Origin: Antedon mediterranea
Taxonomy: Eukaryota; Animalia; Echinodermata
Length of the DNA stretch: 64,000 nucleotides
NCBI RefSeq assembly: GCF_964355755.1
Contig: NC_092672.1
Location: 5,642,001-5,706,000, forward strand
Direction: 5' to 3'
Shown piece after piece: positions 35,096-46,900 of the stretch. The position numbers and the translations under genes were made by a program. Numbering within the stretch: the first letter of the stretch is position 1; the number at the start of each line of letters is the position of its first letter. The notes below the pieces were generated by a model. It did not search any database, was not told the origin of the DNA, and saw only the letters and a program-made list of their open reading frames with translations.

Positions 35096-36934
35096 ATGTA
35101 TGCCGTGACCCGAATCAAGAATAGTATACCAGCTGGTAGGGGGCGCCGAGTTTGCCTAGCGTCATTCTTCATCATCTTACTTCTGATGTACTGCGTTCCA
35201 TATGTTTACGAATACAGTTCCATGTGGAATTCTAGTGCAAAGAGCTGTCTGACATCAAAGATCTCTGCCATCCTAAGTGGGAGCCAAGAACATGATGCCT
35301 CCGTGCTCGACGCTCCAAAATCATCTGAACGAAAACTCTTGCCATTTATAGGAAATGGTAACATAGGGGTTTCAATAAACTACTTCAATCCAGGTGGAAT
35401 TGTTCTCAGACATAATCCACCTTGGGCCTTTGAGATTCCGTATTATCCGATTCTTAATACCGAAGTAGAAGGATTAACGTCTCAAAGCGCTACTGTGTTG
35501 CATTCAAAAAGTGGCCTCGTTCACCACTTACAGTGTTATTCAATCGGTAAAGACTGCGTATCTGTTCGGCACACCTCATTTGCACATCGTACTCGCAAAT
35601 CTGTTATTATGCAGCAGATATCAATCGAAAATCAAACACCAAAACCAGTCACTCTTCGATTGCATAGCTTGGATATAAGCCGCTGGAAAGATGCAAAAGC
35701 TTCTGTAGAATCAGTGAATGTAAATGGTGAAACTATTCATTATACACTTATATTAGGAAAATTTGCCACACACACAGTTCGCGACTTTACCACTGATCAT
35801 TATGTTCATGTAGCTATTGGAATTTCAACTATCTCGTCAAGTCTTGATGTCCAGCCTCATGACTCGCATACCATCGAAGTTTTAACTGTGGTTCAGTACA
35901 CGGAACCGATACTTAAGCATGAGGTCACTGAGGTTGATCTGTCAGATTTGGTTGATAAGGTTCGCATGGACATGTTGACTCTCAAAAAGATGAGCTTTAG
36001 TGAAACGGCTAAAGAGCATACAGATGCGTGGAAGGATATCTGGAAAGGTGAATTTGTACAAGAACAACCGTTAGTTGATAATGACGATGACATTCACTCA
36101 CAAGAATTAATCAATACAATTATTTACTACATTCTCTCGTCCGTGGAAGCTCCTTTGTATCAGGTAGAAACGTCCGATTTAGAAAGAGCTAAACTTCTAC
36201 AAACTCTTGATATGCCGGGAAGCTGTTACAACGGCCAGCCAACTCTTTTCATGGATCCTCTGTGGGAATCTGTCAACAAACAAGAGCAGTTATCAGATCT
36301 TGTATCTCATTGGCTTCACACACTCTACAAAAGTGGTTGCCAAAGTTTGCTGACAGTTGGCGCAGATGGTGTGATGCAAGCCATGCTATTGAGTTTCTTA
36401 GGAGCTCAGTTCACCAAGGAAGACCTGTCTTTTCATGCAGATCCTCACCAGATCAGAGGATCACTCTTAATTAGGAACCTAAAGTACGGTAGTAATGACA
36501 TTGATATTAAGATAAACAGAGACACAGAGACAATTGAAATAAAAGCAAACGGTTTTATCAAAGACAATTATAAACTATTTGCGTGTGAAACAGGGTGTAA
36601 AAATGACCCTATCGTTGTCGGTCACAAAAAAGAATTGCCGTTGAAATGGACCGAACCAATGACTGCGTTTCTGTATATATCGCATGAAGCGGATCACCTA
36701 GCATTTCTTCGCAAAAAAGTGATTCATTACCGTTACCTCCATCATACGATGGATGAAGCACCGTTAATAGTTGGTCATGATAAAGGAATCCATGTACCGG
36801 TCATATTCTGGGTGTTTCTTGGTATACTCATTGCAATATTTCATCTCTTTTTAATCCGGCTAATCTACAACGAATATTGCTCCAATGTTTTTCAAGAAAG
36901 ATTTAGAAAAAAGAAAACTTCTTCATCAATTTGA
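35096..36934 (+). CDS. KIAA2013: KIAA2013 / DUF2152 family membrane protein, single coding exon, 612 aa
   Basis: N-terminal TM, PFIGNGNIG, AHRTRKSVIMQQISIEN, GADGVMQAMLLSF, C-terminal TM FWVFLGILIAIFHLFLIRLIYNEYC. Acceptor at ~35045 implies an upstream UTR exon. Confidence 0.92.
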   Translation: MYAVTRIKNSIPAGRGRRVCLASFFIILLLMYCVPYVYEYSSMWNSSAKSCLTSKISAILSGSQEHDASVLDAPKSSERKLLPFIGNGNIGVSINYFNPGGIVLRHNPPWAFEIPYYPILNTEVEGLTSQSATVLHSKSGLVHHLQCYSIGKDCVSVRHTSFAHRTRKSVIMQQISIENQTPKPVTLRLHSLDISRWKDAKASVESVNVNGETIHYTLILGKFATHTVRDFTTDHYVHVAIGISTISSSLDVQPHDSHTIEVLTVVQYTEPILKHEVTEVDLSDLVDKVRMDMLTLKKMSFSETAKEHTDAWKDIWKGEFVQEQPLVDNDDDIHSQELINTIIYYILSSVEAPLYQVETSDLERAKLLQTLDMPGSCYNGQPTLFMDPLWESVNKQEQLSDLVSHWLHTLYKSGCQSLLTVGADGVMQAMLLSFLGAQFTKEDLSFHADPHQIRGSLLIRNLKYGSNDIDIKINRDTETIEIKANGFIKDNYKLFACETGCKNDPIVVGHKKELPLKWTEPMTAFLYISHEADHLAFLRKKVIHYRYLHHTMDEAPLIVGHDKGIHVPVIFWVFLGILIAIFHLFLIRLIYNEYCSNVFQERFRKKKTSSSI

Positions 36935-38341
36935 ACATTTTTTTAAATACTATTAATTATTATTATTGCACTTAAATTTCTTCAACATGGTGGTTTCTAA
37001 ACTACAGTGTACAGTATTAGCTTTTATTAAACTTGGGACAATTATATTTCAACTGAATGTTGCTCAAATGTTGGGTTGAGGTATAATTTAGTATTGTTAT
37101 TTTAATATAAAAAATATGGTATTTATAATATACCAATTGAATAATAATTATTATATTTGTTTTTTTTAAATTATGATACAAAATTAAAGTAGGGTACTTG
37201 ACTCAATGGTGCAAATATGAATTTATGATTTTCGAATAATAGAATATGTATGTTGTTATTATGAACAAAAGTATATAAAAGATAGGTATTTATTAATTTA
37301 GTAAATTATTTTTAATTCATTACAAAGTTGTAATCCAATTATAATACCAGTCTCATTTATCATAGCTAATTTACATTGTAAATTCTCTCCTAAAGCTCTG
37401 TCTAAACTATCAAACTTTGTGACAAAAAAATATCATATATCACCACCATATTTGGGCATATCACCACCATATTTGGGCATCACCACCATATTTGGGCATA
37501 TCACCACCATATTTGGGCATATCACCACCATATTTCGGCACAATTACACTTTTTTGTCAAACAAGTTTGATAGTGTAGACAGAGCTTTATACAACGAGAT
37601 TTTGTTTATATGATCAGAATACTTTTATATACAAAATAATGTAATTGATTTGTGTTATAGTAGCACAATGATACATTCTCACAGATTTCTTTATTTTCAT
37701 TTTTTATAAATTAATTAATTTCCAGTCTATCACTGGGTGGTGTGGAGTTTCTCTATGCCTATGAATTTATATAAAATATTGAATTGACAATTTGATATGG
37801 AAGAAAATCATTTTACAGACATTTTTAGCAATTTTTTTTTTTTTTTTTTGCTTGATTGTTATTAAACATAATATAGATTCTATTTTAATAGTTTTGTGCA
37901 ATATATTTGTTTATCTTTAAAAATTTGCCAAAGTCTGGACGCAAGTAGTAAACGTTTGTACTATAGAGGGCGATATATCATTAGGTTTTTAAAACTCGCG
38001 CATGCGTTAAAACGACGGTTTTGGGAATATACCAATGCCCAAAAGAAAAACACGAATTGGTCAGTGCATTAAGGATCTCTAGTGGTATAAGCTGTCTTGA
38101 CGTCTAGTAAACAAATATCGAAATATATTGTACATCAAGTATTTTCATTTATTAAAATGTTATGTTGTGCCCATAATTATAATAAATCAGATGATTCATT
38201 TATTGAAATGTTAAATTTCTTTGGTAACTGTGTGAATGACAAATATAGGCCTACTGCCAGTGTATATGAACAATTTTGACAGAAGTACAGAGAACGGCGT
38301 ATGTTTAGGAAAAGTTGTTTTATTACGTCTTAAATGGTTTG

Positions 38342-40180
38342 TTACATATCAGTTGAAGATGACGATCTAGTTTTTTTAGGTTGAAATAGCTGAGGACTTG
38401 ACGATGGCAGCAACTGAAAAACAAAGTGTTCAAATATTTGTGAATTCATTTAGAAACTGATCCTTTCAACCTAAAAACCGACGTGCACATAAGTTTATAG
38501 TTCGATAAACCAAGTGTATAGGATTATAACAAATGGGTTCTTTCTAAGTAATAGAAAGTTTTTTTTAGTGCACTTCTTAAAGCCTTGTCTACACATCAAA
38601 CTTTGTGGCAAATAATGCGATGTGCCTGTAATGGCTATGATGATGTCATATCACTACCATTATTTAGGCACATACATTTTTTTTGTCAAACTATATTGAT
38701 ATTGTAGACAGAGCATTAAAATTGTCCTGCTCCGAGTACCTGCATTGTGATTCGTCGATTCTCCTCATCGGTAACTAACGGTGAGCCAGGGCGGCTTCTC
38801 ACCTCTGGTGACGGGTTACCCTGATTGTACGACTGAAGTTGTGCCTTTGCCTGACTTTGTTCCTCGACGATAGCTTCTGTTGACTGAAGTCTTTGTTGTT
38901 GAATTGTCATCAGTGGATGATTACCACTTATTAGTCGTGCATTGTTCTGGATGCAAATAAGTATAGCAGTATGTAGTAGTAGTGTATAGCAATTGGTTTA
39001 TCATTTTACCATTTGTAACCATGATGAAATTAAACTATGCCTACTCTAACCTAATTTCACTCTTTCTTACTTCTATTTCATTTAAAAATCTAATTATGGT
39101 AATCAGAAAATACAATTTACTGAAACAAAAATACGTTAATTAAAAAGTTTAGTAAACAAGTTTTAAAACACAAAGCTGTGGAAGCTTTATAAAGAAATGG
39201 TTGAGATCAATTCCGAAAATTGGTATTATTTAGTTGATTCAAACTAGGTCAAGTACCTTTATAACGTTGTTATGGTCATCTTGATCAGTTTGATTACCAT
39301 GATTTCTAATAGAAGGATTGATGACATTGGTAGCACAAACCTCAGCTCGAATATTCTCATCTACGGTTGGCAAGGAACATGCAAGACGCTCTATGAAGTC
39401 TTCAGACGATTGGTGTACTGTCTGTGGAATATTTTCCCGCCTTCTAATTATCTCTTCTCCACTGTGACGTCGATGAGTGTGTTGTCTAGGCCTACAAGAC
39501 CTAATAATTTTGTCATCTATTGATATTCTAGAGCAATCACAACCAGTCTCACTATTACTACTATCTGTACTAAATATCTGCATTTCTTGAGAGTTTGGAA
39601 AATTTTCGCTAAAAAATACTTCATCAGTTTGACTATGAGAATTCTCTACGTCACGTGATGATTGACAACCAATATTTCTAGAATTCAATCTACTAATTCC
39701 AGCTACAATATCGTCTAATGATTCATGAGTGTCAAAAGAGGTCGGGCTTAAATTAACTCCTTGTCTTGCTAAGCTACCAAAGTTAAGAACTTGTTGAAAC
39801 TCTTCAATCTGGATATCTTGTTTTGCTTCTGGTGATGCTGACCAATAAACTTGGTCTTCTGTAAAGATTTTTTGATTTATCATTACAGCTTCAACCAGAG
39901 CTGAGCATCGTGTTGAGGCATCTTTTGCTATGGCTGCCACTACTTCAGCCTTTAGTACTGCATTTCTCGCCAAAGACATTGCTGCCTTTGCTTCTTCGTG
40001 AATCTGTTTAGATTTTCTAAGAACTTTATTTACTCGTTTGGCGCATTCGACGCTTTCTGAAGTAAGATCGGCCAGTAGAACATGCGATGATTTTGTCTTT
40101 CCCATTCCTACAGAATCATATTCACCATCAACGAATGCATTTGGATAAAACGACCATGGATCAAAATTCTCTCTGTCCAT
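38342..40180 (-). CDS. Uncharacterised ~400-aa protein (exons 40180-39257, 38946-38740, 38413-38342)
   Basis: 313-aa ORF spliced by phase-0 GT-AG introns to two further open exons ending in TAA; Ala/Lys-rich helical segment, then Ser/Gln-rich low-complexity sequence. No family recognised. Confidence 0.7.
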
Positions 40181-40938
40181 TTTTAATACTATTATTGCTA
40201 ACTTTTAATGTTAAGCTGTAACGCTCATTGAAAACGCTAAAGGGAACTTCATACCTTGACGATTACGCAAGCTTTTATGATTTTGTGTATCATGTGCATT
40301 GCGTTTATTTTGAACGGCTCGCGGTCTAGTTCTTTTAGAACGAGTGTGACATATCGGTACGCGCGCAGTGTTTGTGTGCGCAAGAACGGCAACAAGATGG
40401 ATACTATATTTTATAAGATGTTTTGTTTTCACTTTATAGGGTAATTAAACACTCACTGTAACTATGCCTTACGGGTAAACTACGTGAAATTACGGTCAAT
40501 TTATTATTATTTTATTTATTCAGTCCGAATACATTTAACGACCCACCTTTTACAAACGGATACATACAGACAAACGGGATGAACAATATAAACATCATTT
40601 ACGCGATTACAAATACAGTAATATTCAGTACTACTACTTTCCGCTCTAAGATTATTCAGTAACGTAGACAATCTTGCGGTACTAATGTTTGGCAAAGGAG
40701 AGTAAATTAACGAATTGTTGACTAAATTCGATCCGGTGATTTGTTATTTAAATATATACCCATTGTATAGTAGACGAACCCAGTTGCCCGAAGACGAATC
40801 TTTTGTTATTAGTTATTGACAATCTTAACAATGAAAAAAAGGTGTACTCGTTATGACTAAACATTCTACATAGTCTAGCAAATACCGAACTCAATATCCT
40901 ACTAGTATAGTCATTGGGATTTATAGAAAGGAAACAAC

Positions 40939-43900
40939 ATGTTACCGTCAATTTCATGTACATATGTCGGATATTTAATCGTGATAATTCAACTGGTTTC
41001 ATTAATTGCTGGATACAACACTGGAGCACCACAAGAGGCCTGTACAACACGGACGCCCAATCATGGAATCGGTGTCTCAGCACAGACCAGTTCCCCACCG
41101 TTTGTTCTGTCAACATCAGATTCTTCACCATATGTAAAAGGTAAACCAGCTACGTCATTTTTAACGTTACAAACTGTATATATTACATCTATTTATCGAT
41201 CATGGGTCTATTCTGTACATAAAAGGGTAAATAAACGTTCGTATATACCGTAACACAGTTCATTATAAATGGGCATGAATAATAGCTTATACTGTAAGTG
41301 TTACAAGCCATAAGAATAATTATACTATTATTGTATTATTTATAACAGTTATGAGAATACGAATGAATTATTTTTCATGCCATAACCACGTTGAAAATTA
41401 TCATAGGTCTACAATTAATAATTGTATTGGAAGTCATAATGACCAAATCAATGTTCACTTGGATCCTAGTTGTTTTAATTGAATTGATATGTCAAGCACT
41501 TGGTCCGATGAATCAACGTACAGTAGAACCCCTGTTAGGGGGACACATTCGGGACCAACAAAGTACACTGTAGTAAGTTAATAGTGTCCCTTTGGTTGTA
41601 ATGCTTTAACAATTGTTTCATACGTAATACTTAGTTTCCCATTGACTGGACGTCCTTTGAATAGGTCAAAGCATGGAGAAATAAGTTTAGAATAATAACT
41701 TTTTCTCCATGCTATACAACTGATGAAATATTAGTTATTTCTCCTAGAGAAGGTTAACGAAATATATTACACATTGCATTGATATGAACCTTATTTGAAT
41801 CAGTTTTAATGTTATGCCACTTAATGTACTGTCAGCAACAATTATCACTAAATATGGATAAATGAAAAGGAGTATCTACAGTACCAAGTAACCCATAGTT
41901 TTTATACCTTGTTGTACGAAGTATGGAGGTGTAAAAATATGTGGGCGCAATGTCATTCAAACTTCGTAATAAGTATATACAATGAGTATTATTTGCTTGT
42001 ACCTTAAAATGAAAGATATAACAGTATAATAAAATAGTTGGTTTTAAACTGTGTTATGCCTGACTTGAAAGTTTGTTCGGTTGAAGAGAACAGAACAATG
42101 TCACGACCGTATCTAGCCATTTGGAAAATCCTTTTTCTTTTGTATACTTTCATAGTGAATTTCATTTTGCATAGAATGATAAGTTGAAGTTTTTCATTGT
42201 TATTTATATTATGAGTCAAGTGCTATATACAGCATACTGTATTTCCTATTTTACTTTTTTTAAATAATTCATACATACTGGACACATATAGTGTACAAGA
42301 AGCATGGGCCTATAAATGTATAAGTCCATAGTAGGTACAAGCCTACAATAGGGTTGGTGAAATCTGTCCATAATAGGTTACTTTTCTGTCCATAATAGGT
42401 TACTTTTCTGTCCATAATAGGTTACTTTTCTGTCCATAATAGGTTACTTTTCTGACCATAATAGGTTACTTTTCTGTCCATAATAGGTTACTTTTCTGTC
42501 CATAATAGGTTACTTTCTGTTCATAATAGGGACTAGAGGGCGCTGTTGTTTGTCCATAATAGGTGACTTTCATAAATGGCTGTCCAAAATAGGTGACTTT
42601 TTGTCCACAATAGGGGATTTTATTGGCGTTAGTGCGCCATCCATTGTGTTGTCTATAATAGGTGATTTTTTTGGCGTACTCGTATGTAACCCCGCTCCAA
42701 ATAGATTCCTTAAATGTGCCATTATTTCTTACAGAACCTGTGTAAATGTTGGCCTACAATCCCCACGTTCATTTTATTACAAATATTTATTTAGAATACA
42801 CGAACGAAATACAGTACCAAACATAACAACTATGAACTGTAAATACCTGACTAACTGATTCTTCTTGAAAACGGAAAATAATATAGTACTATAAACATTA
42901 ATCTTTCGTTTGTCGGTAAATATTTTACGGGTTTATGCTTATTTCTTTGTTTTGAAAAAAAAGTAAATAGTGAATTGAATGTCCAGTGTATCCACCGTGT
43001 TGCTACGAACCACCATTCAACAAATAATAATTTAAAATCCTAATAGAGGCATGAAATATTTGTGCAACCAAAAAGTACTCCATATTCTTGCTTTAACGAT
43101 GATTAACTGCCGTCACTTCCTTCTTCCACGGACACACCATTTATTTAGGCTACTGACAAGGTTTTTTACAACAAATTTCCATGTCAACAAAGGGTCGGCA
43201 TTCAATGAACCATTCTATTCAATTCACAACCAACAAGAGAGACACAAAACATCCACTAACAGGTTGAGATAAAACAAAACAGATATTACATTAAACAACG
43301 TTTACTCTATATTGTAAATCTAAAAATGGATAAATATTACAAAATAATCACAATCAATATCATAAATATTCAAAGTATTAACTTGTGAGCTACTCTCTGA
43401 GAAATAAACTTATCTTAGTACTCTTAGTACACGTCTACTCGCCTAAAAAGTACATAACTAATTAGATTAAGTCTGCGCTTTCTTATAAATTAACATTACA
43501 TTTAGAATTAGGACACGTTTTGTTAAAAATAATAAAAATCTATTTTGGATTCTGTCTGTAAAACTTGATATCGATATATAACTTGATATATGAGATATCG
43601 AATTCACAATAACTGGACAATATTCAAGATGTGACCAAACCATTGTTTTATAAATACACACCCAAGTATATGCCCGTCACTTATAAATCTCAGTTCCTCC
43701 AAATCAACCTACTAGCTTTAGAAACATCATACTTAACATGGTAACAACAATTTAATTTACTGTATATTAAATACCAAAATCTTTATGAACAGATCCTGCA
43801 TATTTAAATTATAACGGAACAAAGTTGGCTTTTCATTAAGGATACTAGACATAAAATTGCATTTGTGTTTTTACCACAACAATATAGGTCTCCTCCCTGA

Positions 43901-46900
43901 TTCGTCATAGAATACAATGCCTACAAGTCATACATGTAGTAAAAGCTGTACAATAATAATAATAATAATAAATAACATTTATAAAGCGCAAGAGACAAAG
44001 GTTTCAAAGCGCTGTGTTTTCCAAGATCTGTGCAAGTAGTAGTAGTAGCGTGTGATTATGCTTCTCTGAAGAGATGAGTTTTGAGTTTAGTTTTAAATGT
44101 GATAACAGATTTTGAGCGTATTTCGAGAGGTAGAGTGTTCCAGAGTTTTGGGGCTGCGACAACGAAAGCACGATCACCGTAAAACCGAGTTCTGGAACGG
44201 GGTCCAGGTTTAAGAAGAAGTCTGCTGGATGAACGAAGCGTAGAGTTTGTTGACGGAGTAATGATGTCACATATGTAGGCTGGAGCACATCCGTTAATCT
44301 TTATGATTGTTTTTGTTCTTTCAGTCACCATTGACTCTTCAACATATTCAGCTATAAAAGGGTTTCTTATACAAGGAAGACAGGACAGTGTGAACGGCGG
44401 CATTGTTGGGACATGGCTTGCAACATCTAACGGTCAACTTCTACAATGTACCAACTCTTATGATTCAGTAACACATAGTAACAGTAACGATAAAAATTTA
44501 CCTTTAGAATTTTTCTGGAACCCCGACAGCACAAACACGAACACGAACAATATTATATTTGTGTAAATATTTTTTTTTTTATTGTTTTTAATTAACAATA
44601 TACTTATCTAGGATTACACAATCAGGTAAAAGAAAAACCTGTTTTACATTGTGGTCATGTCTTAAATACAAAATAAATTGGGGGGAACAAAGTTTTAGTT
44701 TTGTGAAAGAGAGTTACTAATTATCACCATGATGAGACCGGATACACCACTTGGATTGAAAGTAGGCCTATAGGACTACTATATTTCGTTTTGCTTTTCC
44801 CATGAATCAGATATTCATCGGATAAAAAACATAACCTTAAAATTCACTTTGAACGAAATAAAAGGTTTAAACACTTTCAATAATTAGTACTAACTGTTCG
44901 TTTTTCCAGAAACCAAAACATTATATAATACTTCTCAAAACTATGCCCTCAAGCCATGATTGGTTGTAATGACCATGACGAAATCATGAATATTCATACC
45001 ATGGATAAATTCTAATTGTACAATTTATCATTTATTTCATATGATTATTATTACTTTGTATTACGTTTTTTAAATTAGGCGGAGTACAATATTGCAAATA
45101 CAGTAATGTTTATACTAATATTACTATTACTTTTTTATTTAGTGCAACCATTGTAGTTAATCAAGCAACGTTTTGGGTTGACGTCACCAGTAGTACTACT
45201 ACTAGCAGTAAGTATGTTTTTATGCATCGTAAGTTATTTCAATCAATCGTAATAATATTAAAATGTGCCCGTGGTTCTTATCACAGTAAATGCAAAAACA
45301 AAATGAGAGAAACAAGAACTAATTGATTACAAAGAAATGTATTTATTCAAAATGATTATGTAACAAAAATATGAAATAAAGGCGAGTGAATTTCACAAAA
45401 GAAGAGAGAAAAAAAGAAATAAATGCTTGTTTGATTGATAGATATTATCCATTTATTAAAAAGATGCTTGCAGTCCGAATAATCCGTGTCAAAATTCTGG
45501 AAGTTGTACGCTTATTTCTACTAGTCCATTCTACAGCTGTACCTGTGCAAGTGGATATACTGGAAGCACTTGTCAGACACTCTCTCTCTCTCTTAAAACG
45601 CTAATCGTCGTTAGACATTGCGCGTCTCACTTGTGTTCGCCACTCAGTACGTTTTTGAGCAAGCATGTGTATAGGTCCGCGTGTGAAAAGTTCTGTTTCC
45701 TTTTTTATGTTTGCCATCCATGTTGTTTTTGGTCTTCCTTTTGGTCGTTTGGTCTTTCTCTGAGCCTCTCCGAGTGCGATCTTAGCTGGTGTGTTTTCAT
45801 TTAAACGGAGCAGGTGACCATACCATGTCAGTCTTCTTTTCTTTACGTTCTTACTCCACTCAATTTCTCCTGTTCTTTTGTACTTCTTCATTTTTTATTT
45901 TCTCCGGCCACCTTATACCTATTATTCTCTTTAGGAATTTTCTTTGAAAGACATCTATTTCGCTTTTAGTGATGCTGTCATTGTCCACAGTTCACAATTA
46001 TACAGAAAGATGCTTGTAATGTATACGTTGAAGACTCTCATTTTCAGGTTTATTGACACTAGTATCTGGTAAATATTCAAAAGAGTCCCGGCGATAAATA
46101 GAATCATTTAAGCGTAAATGTAGTTATATGTGTTTAGAAGGAGGAAAACCTGACATTTGGTAAATACTGTATATAATCATTACCGAACTATCATGGGGAT
46201 GAGTACGTGTAGATGTGGGTACACCAGCAGCGATATTTCTTTTCGTACATAAGTTGGGAATCCCTCATGAAACGTCACAAAATAAACATGAATATTCATT
46301 AGTCATATCCATAAGGTGTGACGTAAGAATTGAACTAACTACAATTGGCTAATGCACACGCTTTCTGTCGAGCCGTCTGTGTAGTCGAATGGATTCCCAT
46401 GAGCAACTTCTTACTCTTACTTTATAGTGAGATAGAGATTATTTAGCGGGTTAGGGTTAGTTATATTTAGGAAGTAGTTCGGCTATCTTTCACATAAGTG
46501 CCTTTTCCGTTGTGTTTTGAAAATAGATGGAATCATGATTACAAGATATTAAAATGTTTCTCTCCCGCAGGTCCATGTTCTCCTAATCCATGCCAAAATG
46601 CGGCCAATTGTCTGATATCGCAAGACACCAACGCATATTTTTGTCAATGTCTAAATGGATTCTCAGGAACAAATTGTGAAATAGGTAGGTATTTGCAACA
46701 CAATAAATATCACATATGGTAACAAGTTTGTAAAACTTAAATACTAGACAGTGCAGATACATTGAACATAAAAATATTGAAATATAAATAATAATATAAT
46801 AATAATAAATATAATAGAATGGAAATTACATTGCTCACTTAGCACAAAGAAAAGGCCTATAGAAAAGAATATCATAGATCATATTATACAGTTTGACTAC

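Noticed and set aside
39900-40050. Junctophilin-like helix in the orphan protein
   Set aside because: Only compositional Ala-rich similarity; no MORN repeats or C-terminal TM.
44056-44403. 115-aa minus-strand protein
   Set aside because: Chance fusion of antisense Reeler exon 2 with an L2 fragment.
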